64,000 bases of DNA from the human T2T-CHM13v2.0 reference genome, Homo sapiens, in NCBI RefSeq assembly GCF_009914755.1, contig NC_060948.1. The stretch is one strand, 5' to 3'. Every line of letters starts with the position of its first letter. Position 1 is the first letter of the stretch. This document shows positions 37,766-57,098 of this stretch, in pieces. Under the pieces are notes generated by a model. That model ran no database searches, was not told the DNA's origin, and was given only the letters and a program-made list of their open reading frames with translations. The position numbers were made by a program, and so were the translations under genes.

Positions 37766-39870
37766 AGATCCATATTTTTTAAATGAAAAAAAATTTCAAA
37801 GGTACTCTGCTTGGTACAATAATCAAATGTATAAACTGAGGAATAAAACATAACCATGAAACCTACTTATAACTGCATATGGAAAATACAGAGGATAATT
37901 TTTTAAATAACATATTTTGAAAGCCTTAACTAGTAATTTGAAGAGTTGGCATTTGAAAGGCCAGTATGAATATACCTTCAAAGCAGCAACACAGGTTCCC
38001 CATGAGAAAAAGCAAACACAGGGAAAATAAAAACACAAAGGTTCAATCTCTTCTGACCTTTGAAAGACACAGCACAGACAGTGGTCCTTAGGACGAAGAG
38101 CAGGAGACCCCTAATTCCGTCACCATGGCGATAGGGCATAAACATAGCTGGGTGAGGGCACAATCCACATTGTGAGGTCCAACTGCTGCCAGGAAGACAG
38201 GAGTGCTTTTACATAGACCGAAAGGTCATTGAAGGCTCAGAGTTTTGTTTCAAGAACTGAATCCCAAGCCCACACGTTATTAGGCTGCGCTTCTTAAAAC
38301 AAGTTATGAGATGGGAAAAAGGGCACCCACAAACATACCTATACATTATGTATATAATAATATACAGTATCATATATATAATATATATAACCTATGTATA
38401 ATATTGTTTTACATCCTGCATCTTATGTTATATATATTCTATAAAATATAATAATTGATAATATATAAGTTTTATAATTATACAATATGACATATACTAT
38501 ATATTTTAATTTATGACATGTATAATATATGTCATATATCATATATAGAATATATTATACGGTTAATATACGTATTAAATATAAATTATACATTATATAT
38601 ATTATATATAATATATCTGTTATATATAATACCCATTATGCATAATATATATATTATGTCTATGTTATATATAGTATAAAACAACATATAATAATATATA
38701 ATTGTATATATAAAATGCGACATATAATATATATTATATTTTATTACATATGTAATATATATTATATATTATCTATAATACGTTGTATGTATAATACCTA
38801 TATTAAATATATATTATATGACTATGTTATTAATTACATGTCAAATGTGTTATATATTATATATTTTACATAGAATATACCGGTTACATACAATATATAC
38901 TATGTTACCTATAATGTATAATTTATTACGTGTAAAATAAAGAATGCAATATATTATGTATAATTTATAATATACAATATGTGGAATGTGATATATATAA
39001 CATATAATATATGATATATGATATACAGTATATGATATATAACATACAATATATGATTCCTAATATATATGGTATACAATATATACTTTATGATATATAT
39101 TCTATATGTTTTATATTCTGTTATATATAACTATTTGAAATTATATATAACTGTATAATATTTTATGTAAATATGTAATATAATATATATAACTATATAA
39201 TATATTATATATAACTATATATTATGTTATATATACTTTTATAACATAATATACATAAAATATCATAATATAATATATATTATATTATTTCATAATACAT
39301 AATATATATTACATATCACCCAATATAACTAACATACATAATATTATAATATAGATTATATTATGTTATATTAAATATCATATATATCATGTATCATATA
39401 TTCTATAATATATATTACATATTATATAATATGTATGTTGTCTATTATGTGATATATATAACTATATATATAATTATATTTTTATACATATAACTAGATA
39501 AACATGTAATTCTACATATTTTCATTTATAATATGTAGAATTATATAATCATATATAATTATTTATATTCTATAAAAAATTTTATCATTATATAAATTAT
39601 AATATATAAAAATTATAATATGTACTACAAATATATATATTATATATCATATATGATATAGTACCTTTGTTATATATCATAATACATATAAATGTGTATT
39701 ATGTTATCTATAATTATATAATTTCATATATAAGATGTATGATATGTATCATATATTATATATGTTATGTAATATATATAGTATATATAAGCTGACACAG
39801 GATAAATATTATATACTATGACATATAAAATATATGAGGTTATATGTTACATATAAGGCATAGCACATAA

Positions 39871-40185
<315 letters not shown>

Positions 40186-42290
40186 AGATCCATATTTTTT
40201 AAATGAAAAAAAATTTCAAAGGTACTCTGCTTGGTACAATAATCAAATGTATAAACTGAGGAATAAAACATAACCATGAAACCTACTTATAACTGCATAT
40301 GGAAAATACAGAGGATAATTTTTTAAATAACATATTTTGAAAGCCTTAACTAGTAATTTGAAGAGTTGGCATTTGAAAGGCCAGTATGAATATACCTTCA
40401 AAGCAGCAACACAGGTTCCCCATGAGAAAAAGCAAACACAGGGAAAATAAAAACACAAAGGTTCAATCTCTTCTGACCTTTGAAAGACACAGCACAGACA
40501 GTGGTCCTTAGGACGAAGAGCAGGAGACCCCTAATTCCGTCACCATGGCGATAGGGCATAAACATTGCTGGGTGAGGGCACAATCCACATTGTGAGGTCC
40601 AACTGCTGCCAGGAAGACAGGAGTGCTTTTACATAGACCGAAAGGTCATTGAAGGCTCAGAGTTTTGTTTCAAGAACTGAATCCCAAGCCCACACGTTAT
40701 TAGGCTGCGCTTCTTTAAACAAGTTATGAGATGGGAAAAAGGGCACCCACAAACATACGTATACATTATGTATATAATAATATACAGTATCATATATATA
40801 ATATATATAACCTATGTATAATATTGTTTTACATCCTGCATCTTATGTTATATATATTGTATAAAATATAATAATTGATAATGTATAAGTTTTATATTTA
40901 TACAATATGACATATAGTATATATTATAATTTATGACATATATAATATATGTTATATATCATATATAGAATATATTATACGGTTAATATACGTATTAAAT
41001 ATAAATTATACATTATATATATTATATATAATATATCTGTTATATATAATACCCATTATGCATAATATATATATTATGTCTATGTTATATATAGTATAAA
41101 ACAACATATAATAATATATAATTGTATATATAAAATGCGACATATAATATATATTATATTTTATGACATATGTAATATATATTATATATTATATATAATA
41201 CGTTGTATGTATAATACCTATATTAAATATATATTATATGACTATGTTATTAATTACATGTCACATGTGTTATATATTATTTATTTTACATAGAATATAC
41301 CGGTTACATACAATATATACTATGTTACCTATAATGTATAATTTATTACATGTAAAATAAAGAATGCAATATATTATGTATAATTTATAATATACCATAT
41401 GTGGAATGTGATATATATAACATATAATATATGATATATGATATACAGTATATGATATATAACATACAATATATGATTCCTAATATATATGGTATACTAT
41501 ATATATTTTATGATATGTATTCTATATGTTTTATATTCTGTTATATATAACTATTTGAAATTATATATAACTGTATAATATTTTATGTAAATATGTAATA
41601 TAATATATATAACTATATAATATATTATATATAACTATATATTATGTTATATATACTTTTATAACATAATTTACCTAAAATATCATAATATAATATATAT
41701 TATATTATTTCATATTACATAATATATATTACATATCACCCAATATAACTAACATACATAATATTATAATATAGATTATATTGTGTTATATTAAATATCA
41801 TATATATCATGTATCATATATTCTATAATATATATTACACATTATATAATATGTATGTTGTCTATTATGTGATATATATAACTATATATATAATTATATT
41901 TTTATACATATAACTAGATAAACATGTAATTCTACATATTTTCATTTATAATATGTAGAATTATATAATCATATATAATTATTTATATTCTATAAAAAAT
42001 TTTATCTTTATATAAATTATAATATATAAAAATTATAATATGTACTTCAAATATATATATTATATATCATATATGCTATAGTACCTTTGTTATATATCAT
42101 AATACATATAAATGTGTATTATGTTATCTATAATTATATAATTTCATATATAAGTTGTATAATATGTATCATATATTATATATGTTATGTAATATATATA
42201 GTATATATAAGATGACACAGGATAAATATTATATACTATGACATATAAAATATATGAGGTTATATGTTACATATAAGGCATAGCACATAA

Positions 42291-42605
<315 letters not shown>

Positions 42606-44703
42606 AGATCCATATTTTTTAAATGAAAAAAAATTTCAAAGGTACTCTGCTTGGTATAATAATCAAATGTATAAACTGAGGAATAAAACATAACCATGAA
42701 ACCTACTTATAACTGCATATGGAAAATACAGAGGATAATTTTTTAAATAACAAATTTTGAAAGCCTTAACTAGTAATTTGAAGAGCTGGCATTTGAAAGG
42801 CCAGTATGAATATACCTTCAAAGCAGCAACACAGGTTCCCCATGAGAAAAAGCAAACACAGGGAAAGTAAAAACACAAAGGTTCAATCTCTTCTGACCTT
42901 TGAAAGACACAGCACAGACAGTGGTCCTTAGGACGAAGAGCAGGAGACCCCTAATTCCGTCACCATGGCGATAGGGCATAAACATTGCTGGGTGAGGGCA
43001 CAATCCACATTGTGAGGTCCAACTGCTGCCAGGAAGACAGGAGTGCTTTTACATAGACCGAAAGGTCATTGAAGGCTCAGAGTTTTGTTTCAAGAACTGA
43101 ATCCCAAGCCCACACGTTATTAGGCTGCGCTTCTTAAAACAAGTTATGAGATGGGAAAAAGGGCACCCACAAACATACGTATACATTATGTATATAATAA
43201 TATAGAGTGTCATATATATAATATATATAACCTATGTATAATATTGTTTTACATCCTGCATCTTATGTTATATATATTGTATAAAATATAATAATTGATA
43301 ATATATAAGTTTTATATTTATACAATATGACATATAGTATATATTATACTTTATGACATATATAATATATGTTATATATCATATATAGAATATATTATAC
43401 GGTTAATATACGTATTAAATATAAATTATACATTATATATATTATATATAATATATCTGTTATATATAATACCCATTATGCATAATATATATATTATGTC
43501 TATGTTATATATAGTATAAAACAACATATAATAATATATAATTGTATATATAAAATGCGACATATAATATATATTATATTTTATAACATATGTAATATAT
43601 ATTATATATAATACGTTGTATGTATAATACCTATATTAAATATATATTATATGACTATGTTATTAATTACATGTCACATGTGTTATATATTATATATTTT
43701 ACATAGAATATACCGGTTACATACAATATATACTATGTTACCTATAATGTATAATTTTTTACATGTAAAATAAAGAATGCAATATATTATGTAAAATTTA
43801 TAATATACCATATTTGGAATGTGATATATATAAAATATAATATATGATATATGATATACAGTATATGATATATAACATACAATATATGATTCCTAATATA
43901 TATGGTATACAATATATATTTTATGATATGTATTCTATATGTTTTATATTCTGTTATATATAACTATTTGAAATTATATATAACTGTATAATATTTTATG
44001 TAAATATGTAATATAATATATATAACTATATAATATATTATATATAACTATATATAATGTTATATATACTTTTATAACATAATTTACATAAAATATCATA
44101 ATATAATATATATTATATTATTTCATATTACATAATATATATTACATATCACCCAATATAACTAACATACATAATATTATAATATAGATTATATTGTGTT
44201 ATATTAAATATCATATATATCATGTATCATATATTCTATAATATATATTACACATTATATATTATGTATGTTGTCTATTATGTGATATATATAACTATAT
44301 ATATAATTATATTTTTATACATATAACTAGATAAACATGTAATTCTACATATTTTCATTTATAATATGTAGAATTATATAATCATATATAATTATTTATA
44401 TTCTATAAAAAATTTTATCATTATATAAATTATAATATATAAAAATTATAATATGTACTACAAATATATATATTATATATCATATATGCAATAGTACCTT
44501 TGTTATATATCATAATACATATAAATGTGTATTATGTTATCTATAATTATATAATTTCATATATAAGTTGTATAATATGTAACATATATTATATATGTTA
44601 TGTAATATATATAGTATATATAAGATGACACAGGATAAATATTATATACTATGACATATAAAATATATGAGGTTATATGTTACATATAAGGCATAGCACA
44701 TAA

Positions 44704-45018
<315 letters not shown>

Positions 45019-47116
45019 AGATCCATATTCTTTAAATGAAAAAAAATTTCAAAGGTACTCTGCTTGGTACAATAATCAAATGTATAAACTGAGGAATAAA
45101 ACATAACCATGAAACCTACTTATAACTGCATATGGAAAATACAGAGGATAATTTTTTAAATAACATATTTTGAAAGCCTTAACTAGTAATTTGAAGAGCT
45201 GGCATTTGAAAGGCCAGTATGAATATACCTTCAAAGCAGCAACACAGGTTCCCCATGAGAAAAAGCAAACACAGGGAAAGTAAAAACACAAAGGTTCAAT
45301 CTCTTCTGACCTTTGAAAGACACAGCACAGACAGTGGTCCTTAGGACGAAGAGCAGGAGACCCCTAATTCCGTCACCATGGCGATAGGGCATAAACATTG
45401 CTGGGTGAGGGCACAATCCACATTGTGAGGTCCAACTGCTGCCAGGAAGACAGGAGTGCTTTTACATAGACCGAAAGGTCATTGAAGGCTCAGAGTTTTG
45501 TTTCAAGAACTGAATCCCAAGCCCACACGTTATTAGGCTGCGCTTCTTAAAACAAGTTATGAGATGGGAAAAAGGGCACCCACAAACATACGTATACATT
45601 ATGTATATAATAATATACAGTATCATATATATAATATATATAACCTATGTATAATATTGTTTTACATCCTGCATCTTATGTTATATATATTGTATAAAAT
45701 ATAATAATTGATAATATATAAGTTTTATAATTATACAATAAGACATATAGTATATATTATAATTTATGACATATGTAATATATGTTATATCTCATATATA
45801 GATTATATTATACGGTTAATATACGTATTAAATATAAATTATACATTATATATATTATATATAATATATCTGTTATATATAATACCCATTATGCATAATA
45901 TATATATTATGTCTATGTTATATATAGTATAAAACAACATATAATAATATATAATTGTATATATAAAATGCGACATATAATATATATTATATTTTATAAC
46001 ATATGTAATATATATTATATATAATACGTTGTATGTATAATACCTATATTAAATATATATTATATGACTATGTTATTAATTACATGTCACATGTGTTATA
46101 TATTATATATTTTACATAGAATATACCGGTTACATACAATATATACTATGTTACCTATAATGTATAATTTATTACATGTAAAATAAAGAATGCAATATAT
46201 TATGTATAATTTATAATATACAATATGTGGAATGTGATATATGTAACATATAATATATGATATATGATATACAGTATATGATATATAACATACAATATAT
46301 GATTCCTAATATATATTGTATACAATATATATTTTATGATATGTATTCTATATGTTTTATATTCTGTTATATATAACTATTTGAAATTATATATAACTGT
46401 ATAATATTTTATGTAAATATGTAATATAATATATATAACTATATAATATATTATATATAACTATATATTATGTTATATATACTTTTATAACATAATTTAC
46501 ATAAAATATCATAATATAATATATATTATATTATTTCATATTACATAATATATATTACATATCACCCAATATAACTAACATACAAAATATTATAATATAG
46601 ATTATATTATGTTATATTAAATATCATATATATCATGTATCATATATTCTATAATATATATTACACATTATATAATGTGTATGTTGTCTATTATGTGATA
46701 TATATAACTCTATATATAATTATATTTTTATACATATAACTAGATAAACATGTAATTTTACATATTTTCATTTATAATATATAGAATTATATAATCATAT
46801 ATAATTATTTATATTCTATAAAAAATTTTATCATTATATAAATTATAATATATAAAAATTATAATATGTACTACAAATATATATATTATATATCATATAT
46901 GATATAGTACCTTTGTTATATATCATAATACATATAAATGTGTATTATGTTATCTATAATTATATAATTTCATATATAGGATGTATAATATGTATCATAT
47001 ATTATATATGTTATGTAATATATATAGTATATATAAGATGACACATGATAAATATTATATACTATGACATATAAAATATATGAGGTTATATGTTACATAT
47101 AAGGCATAGCACATAA

Positions 47117-47431
<315 letters not shown>

Positions 47432-49531
47432 AGATCCATATTTTTTAAATGAAAAAAAATTTCAAAGGTACTCTGCTTGGTACAATAATCAAATGTATAA
47501 ACTGAGGAATAAAACATAACCATGAAACCTACTTATAACTGCATATGGAAAATACAGGGGATAATTTTTTAAATAACATATTTTGAAAGCCTTAACTAGT
47601 AATTTGAAGAGTTGGCATTTGAAAGGCCAGTATGAATATACCTTCAAAGCAGCAACACAGGTTCCCCATGAGAAAAAGCAAACACAGGGAAAATAAAAAC
47701 ACAAAGGTTCAATCTCTTCTGACCTTTGAAAGACACAGCACAGACAGTGGTCCTTAGGACGAAGAGCAGGAGACCCCTAATTCCGTCACCATGGCGATAG
47801 GGCATAAACATTGCTGGGTGAGGGCACAATCCACATTGTGAGGTCCAACTGCTGCCAGGAAGACAGGAGTGCTTTTACATAGACCGAAAGGTCATTGAAG
47901 GCTCAGAGTTTTGTTTCAAGAACTGAATCCCAAGCCCACACGTTATTAGGCTGCGCTTCTTAAAACAAGTTATGAGATGGGAAAAAGGGCACCCACAAAC
48001 ATACGTATACATTATGTATATAATAATATACAGTATCATATATATAATATATATAACCTATGTATAATATTGTTTTACATCCTGCATCTTATGTTATATA
48101 TATTGTATAAAATATAATAATTGATAATATATAAGTTTTATAATTATACAATATGACATATAGTATATATTATAATTTATGACATATATAATATATGTTA
48201 TATATCATATATAGAATATATTATACGGTTAATATACGTATTAAATATAAATTATACATTATATATATTATATATAATATATCTGTTATATATAATACCC
48301 ATTATGCATAATACATATATTATGTCTATGTTATATATAGTATAAAACAACATATAATAATATATAATTGTATATATAAAATGCGACATATAATATATAT
48401 TATATTTTATAACATATGTAATATATATTATATATAATACGTTGTATGTATAATACCTATATTAAATATATATTATATGACTGTGTTATTAATTACATGT
48501 CACATGTGTTATATATTATATATTTTACATAGAATATACCGGTTACATACAATATATACTATGTTACCTATAATGTATAATTTATTACATGTAAAATAAA
48601 GAATGCAATATATTATGTATAATTTATAATATACAATATGTGGAATGTGATATATGTAACATATAATATATGATATATGATATACAGTATATGATATATA
48701 ACATACAATATATGATTCCTAATATATATGGTATACAATATATATTTTATGATATGTATTCTATATGTTTTATATTCTGTTATGTATAACTATTTGAAAT
48801 TATATATAACTGTATAATATTTTATGTAAATATGTAATATAATATATATAACTATATAATATATTATATATAACTATATATTATGTTATATATACTTTTA
48901 TAACATAATTTACATAAAATATCATAATATAATATATATTATAATATTTCATATTACATAATATATATTACATATCACCCAATATAACTAACATACATAA
49001 TATTATAATATAGATTATATTATGTTATGTTAAATATCATATATATCATGTATCATATATTCTATAATATATATTACACATTATATAATATGTATGTTGT
49101 CAATTATGTGATATATATAACTATATATATAATTATATTTTTATACATATAACTAGATAAACATGTAATTCTACATATTTTCATTTATAATATGTAGAAT
49201 TATATAATCATATATAATTATTAATATTCTATAAAAAATTTTATCATTATATAAATTATAATGTATAAAAATTATAATATGTACTACAAATATATATATA
49301 TTATATATCATATATGATATAGTACCTTTGTTATATATCATAATACATATAAATGTGTATTATGTTATCTATAATTATATAATTTCATATATAAGATGTA
49401 TAATATGTATCATATATTATATAGGTTATGTAATATATATAGTATATATAAGATGACACAGGATAAATATTATATACTATGACATATAAAATATATGAGG
49501 TTATATGTTACATATAAGGCATAGCACATAA

Positions 49532-49845
<314 letters not shown>

Positions 49846-51968
49846 AGATCCATATTTTTTAAATGAAAAAAAATTTCAAAGGTACTCTGCTTGGTACAAT
49901 AATCAAATGTATAAACTGAGGAATAAAACATAACCATGAAACCTACTTATAACTGCATATGGAAAATACAGAGGATAATTTTTTAAATAACATATTTTGA
50001 AAGCCTTAACTAGTAATTTGAAGAGTTGGCATTTGAAAGGCCAGTATGAATATACCTTCAAAGCAGCAACACAGGTTCCCCATGAGAAAAAGCAAACACA
50101 GGGAAAATAAAAACACAAAGGTTCAATCTCTTCTGACCTTTGAAAGACACAGCACAGACAGTGGTCCTTAGGACGAAGAGCAGGAGACCCCTAATTCCGT
50201 CACCATGGCGATAGGGCATAAACATTGCTGGGTGAGGGCACAATCCACATTGTGAGGTCCAACTGCTGCCAGGAAGACAGGAGTGCTTTTACATAGACCG
50301 AAAGGTCATTGAAGGCTCAGAGTTTTGTTTCAAGAACTGAATCCCAAGCCCACACGTTATTAGGCTGCGCTTCTTAAAACAAGTTATGAGATGAGAAAAA
50401 GGGCACCCACAAACATACGTATACATTATGTATATAATAATATACAGTATCATATATATAATATATATAACCTATGTATAATATTGTTTTACATCCTGCA
50501 TCCTATGTTATATATATTGTATAAAATATAATAATTGATAATATATAAGTTTTATAATTATACAATATGACATATAGTATATATTATAATTTATGACATA
50601 TATAATATATGTTATATATCATATATAGAATATATTATACGGTTAATATACGTATTAAATATAAATTATACATTATATATATTATATATAATATATCTGT
50701 TATATATAATACCCATTATGCATAATATATATATTATGTCTATGTTATATATAGTATAAAACAACATATAATAATATATAATTGTATATATAAAATGCGA
50801 CATAAAATATATATTATATTTTATAACATATGTAATATATATTATATATAATACGTTGTATGTATAATACCTATATTAAATATATATTATATGACTGTGT
50901 TATTAATTACATGTCACATGTGTTATATATTATATATTTTACATAGAATATACCGGTTACATACAATATATACTATGTTACCTATAATGTATAATTTATT
51001 ACATGTAAAATAAAGAATGCAATATATTATGTATAATTTATAATATACAATATGTGGAATGTGATATATGTAACATATAATATATGATATATGATATACA
51101 GTATATGATATATAACATACAATATATGATTCCTAATATATATGGTATACAATATATATTTTATGATATGTATTCTATATGTTTTATATTCTGTTATGTA
51201 TAACTATTTGAAATTATATATAACTGTATAATATTTTATGTAAATATGTAATATAATATATATAACTATATAATATATTATATATAACTATATATTATGT
51301 TATATATACTTTTATAACATAATTTACATAAAATATCATAATATAATATATAGTATAATATTTCATATTACATAATATATATTACATATCACCCAATATA
51401 ACTAACATACATAATATTATAATATAGATTATATTATGTTATATTAAATATCATATATATCATGTATCATATATTCTATAATATATATTACACATTATAT
51501 AATATGTATGTTGTCTATTATGTGATATATATAACTATATATATAATTATATTTTTATACATATAACTGGATAAACATGTAATTCTACATATTTTCATTT
51601 ATAATATGTAGAATTATATAATCACATATAATTATTTATATTCTATAAAAAATTTTATCATTATATAAATTATAATATATAAAAATTATAATATGTACTA
51701 CAAATATATATATATTATATATCATATATGATATAGTACCTTTGTTATATATCATAATACATATAAATGTGTATTATGTTATCTATAATTATATAATTTC
51801 ATATATAAGATGTATAATATGTATCATATATTATATATGTTATGTAATATATATAGTATATATAAGATTACACAGGATAAATATTATATACTATGACATA
51901 TAAAATATATGAGGTTATATGTTACATATAAGGCATAGCACATAACATGTAATATATATCATGTATAA

Positions 51969-52260
51969 TTTTTTTTTAGACAGAATCTTGTCCTGTTGCA
52001 CAGGGTGGGGTAAAATGGCGCCATCTTTGCTCACTGCAACTTCTGCCTCACGGGTCCAAGCGATTGTCCTCCCTCAGCCTCCCAGGTAGCTGGGACTACA
52101 CCACACTGGGACTACACCAGCTGCCACCATGCCTAGCTAATTTTTTGGATTTTTAGTAGTGACAGCGTTTCACTGTATTGGCCAGGATGGTCTTGATCTC
52201 TTCACCTTGTGATTCCCTTGCCTTGGCCTCCAAATTTGCTGGGATTACAGGCCTGAGCCA
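51969..52260 (-). mobile_element. Alu SINE copy, unit 22
   Basis: Same Alu, poly(T) to gcctgagcca. Confidence 0.95.
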
Positions 52261-54363
52261 AGATCCATATTTTTTAAATGAAAAAAAATTTCAAAGGTAC
52301 TCTGCTTGGTACAATAATCAAATGTATAAACTGAGGAATAAAACATAACCATGAAACCTACTTATAACTGCATATGGAAAATACAGAGGATAATTTTTTA
52401 AATAACATATTTTGAAAGCCTTAACTAGTAATTTGAAGAGTTGGCATTTGAAAGGCCAGTATGAATATACCTTCAAAGCAGCAACACAGGTTCCCCATGA
52501 GAAAAAGCAAACACAGGGAAAATAAAAACACAAAGGTTCAATCTCTTCTGACCTTTGAAAGACACAGCACAGACAGTGGTCCTTAGGACGAAGAGCAGGA
52601 GACCCCTAATTCCGTCACCATGGCGATAGGGCATAAACATTGCTGGGTGAGGGCACAATCCACATTGTGAGGTCCAACTGCTGCCAGGAAGACAGGAGTG
52701 CTTTTACATAGACCGAAAGGTCATTGAAGGCTCAGAGTTTTGTTTCAAGAACTGAATCCCAAGCCCACACGTTATTAGGCTGCGCTTCTTAAAACAAGTT
52801 ATGAGATGGGAAAAAGGGCACCCACAAACATACGTATACATTATGTATATAATAATATACAGTATCATATATATAATATATATAACCTATGTATAATATT
52901 GTTTTACATCCTGCATCCTATGTTATATATATTGTATAAAATATAATAATTGATAATATATAAGTTTTATAATTATACAATATGACATATAGTATATATT
53001 ATAATTTATGACATATATAATATATGTTATATATCATATATAGAATATATTATACGGTTAATATACGTATTAAATATAAATTATACATTATATATATTAT
53101 ATATAATATATCTGTTATATATAATACCCATTATGCATAATATATATATTATGTCTATGTTATATATAGTATAAAACAACATATAATAATATATAATTGT
53201 ATATATAAAATGCGACATATAATATATATTATATTTTATAACATATGTAATATATATTATATATTATATATAATACGTTGTATGTATAATACCTATATTA
53301 AATATATATAATATGACTATGTTATTAATTACATGTCACATGTGTTATATATTATATATTTTACATAGAATATACCGGTTACATACAATATATACTATGT
53401 TACCTATAATGTCTAATTTATTACATGTAAAATAAAGAATGCAATATATTATGTAAAATTTATAATATACAATATGTGGAATGTGATATATATAACATAT
53501 AATATATGATATATGATATACGGTATATGATATATAACATACAATATATGATTCCTAATATATATGGTATACAATATATATTTTATGATATGTATTCTAT
53601 ATGTTTTATATTCTGTTATATATAACTATTTGAAATTATATATAACTGTATAATATTTTATGTAAATATGAAATATAATATATATAACTATATACTATAT
53701 TATATATAACTATATATTATGTTATATATACTTTTATAACATAATTTACATAAAATATCATAATATAATATATATTATATTATTTCATATTACATAATAT
53801 ATATTACATATCACCCAATATAACTAACATACATAATATTATAATATAGATTATATTATGTTATATTAAATATCATATATATCATGTATCATATATTCTA
53901 TAATATATATTACACATTATATAATATGTATGTTGTCTATTATGTGATATATATAAATATATATAATTATATTTTTATACATATAAGTAGATAAACATGT
54001 AATTCTACATATTTTCATTTATAATATGTAGAATTATATAATCATGTATAATTATTTATATTCTATAAAAAATTTTATCATTATATAAATTATAATATAT
54101 AAAAATTATAATATGTACTACAAATATATATATTATATATCATATATGATATAGTACCTTTGTTATATATCATAATACATATAAATGTGTATTATGTTAT
54201 CTATAATTATATAATTTCATATATAAGATGTATAATATGTATCATATATTATAGATGTTATGTAATATATATAGTATATATAAGATGTCACAGGATAAAT
54301 ATTATATACTATGACATATAAAATATATGAGGTTATATGTTACATATAAGGCATAGCACATAA

Positions 54364-54678
<315 letters not shown>

Positions 54679-56783
54679 AGATCCATATTTTTTAAATGAA
54701 AAAAAATTTCAACGGTACTCTGCTTGGTACAATAATCAAATGTATAAACTGAGGAATAAAACATAACCATGAAACCTACTTATAACTGCATATGGAAAAT
54801 ACAGAGGATAATTTTTTAAATAACATATTTTGAAAGCCTTAACTAGTAATTTGAAGAGTTGGCATTTGAAAGGCCAGTATGAATATACCTTCAAAGCAGC
54901 AACACAGGTTCCCCATGAGAAAAAGCAAACACAGGGAAAATAAAAACACAAAGGTTCAATCTCTTCTGACCTTTGAAAGACACAGCACAGACAGTGGTCC
55001 TTAGGACGAAGAGCAGGAGACCCCTAATTCCGTCACCATGGCGATAGGGCATAAACATTGCTGGGTGAGGGCACAATCCACATTGTGAGGTCCAACTGCT
55101 GCCAGGAAGACAGGAGTGCTTTTACATAGACCGAAAGGTCATTGAAGGCTCAGAGTTTTGTTTCAAGAACTGAATCCCAAGCCCACACGTTATTAGGCTG
55201 CGCTTCTTAAAACAAGTTATGAGATGGGAAAAAGGGCACCCACAAACATACGTATACATTATGTACATAATAATATACAGTATCATATATATAATATATA
55301 TAACCTATGTATAATATTGTTTTACATCCTGCATCTTATGTTATATATATTGTATAAAATATAATAACTGATAATATATAAGTTTTATAATTATACAATA
55401 TGACATATAGTATATATTATAATTTATGACATATATAATATATGTTATATATCATATATAGAATATATTATACGGTTAATATACGTATTAAATATAAATT
55501 ATATATTATATATATTATATATAATATATCTGTTATATATAATACCCATTATGCATAATATATATATTATGTCTATATTATATATAGTATAAAACAACAT
55601 ATAATAATATATAATTGTATATATAAAATGCGACATATAATATATATTATATTTTATAACATATGTAATATATATTATATATTATATATAATACGTTGTA
55701 TGTATAATACCTATATTAAATATATATTATATGACTATGTTATTAATTACATGTCACATGTGTTATATATTATATATTTTACGTAGAATATACCGGTTAC
55801 ATACAATATATACTATGATACCTATAATGTATAATTTATTACATGTAAAATAAAGAATGCAATATATTATGTATAATTTATAATATACAATATGTGGAAT
55901 GTGATATATATAACATATAATATATGATATATGATATACAGTATATGATATATAACATACAGTATATGATTCCTAATATATATGGTATACAATATATATT
56001 TTATGATATGTATTCTATATGTTTTATATTCTGTTATATATAACTATTTGAAATTATATATAACTGTATAATATTTTATGTAAATATGTAATATAATATA
56101 TATAAGTATATAATATATTATATATAACTATATATTATGTTATATATACTTTTATAACATAATTTACATAAAATATCATAATATAATATATATTATATTA
56201 TTTCATATTACATAATATATATTACATATCACCCAATATAACTAACATACATAATATTATAATATAGATTATATTATGTTATATTAAATATCATATATAT
56301 CATGTATCATATATTCTATAATATATATTACACATTATATAATATGTATGTTGTCTATTATGTGATATATATAACTATATATATAATTATATTTTTATAC
56401 ATATAACTAGATAAACATGTAATTCTACATCTTTTCATTTATAATATGTAGAATTATATAATCATATATAATTATTTATATTCTATAAAAAATTTTATCA
56501 TTATATATATTATAATATATAAAAATTATAATATGTACTACACATATATATATTATATATCATATATGATATAGTACCATTGTTATATATCATAATACAT
56601 ATAAATGTGTATTATGTTATCTATAATTATATAATTTCATATATAAGATGTATAATATGTATCATATATTATATATGTTATGTAATATATATAGTATATA
56701 TAAGATGACACAGGATAAATATTATATACTATGACATATAAAATATATGAGGTTATATGTTACATATAAGGCATAGCACATAA

Positions 56784-57098
<315 letters not shown>
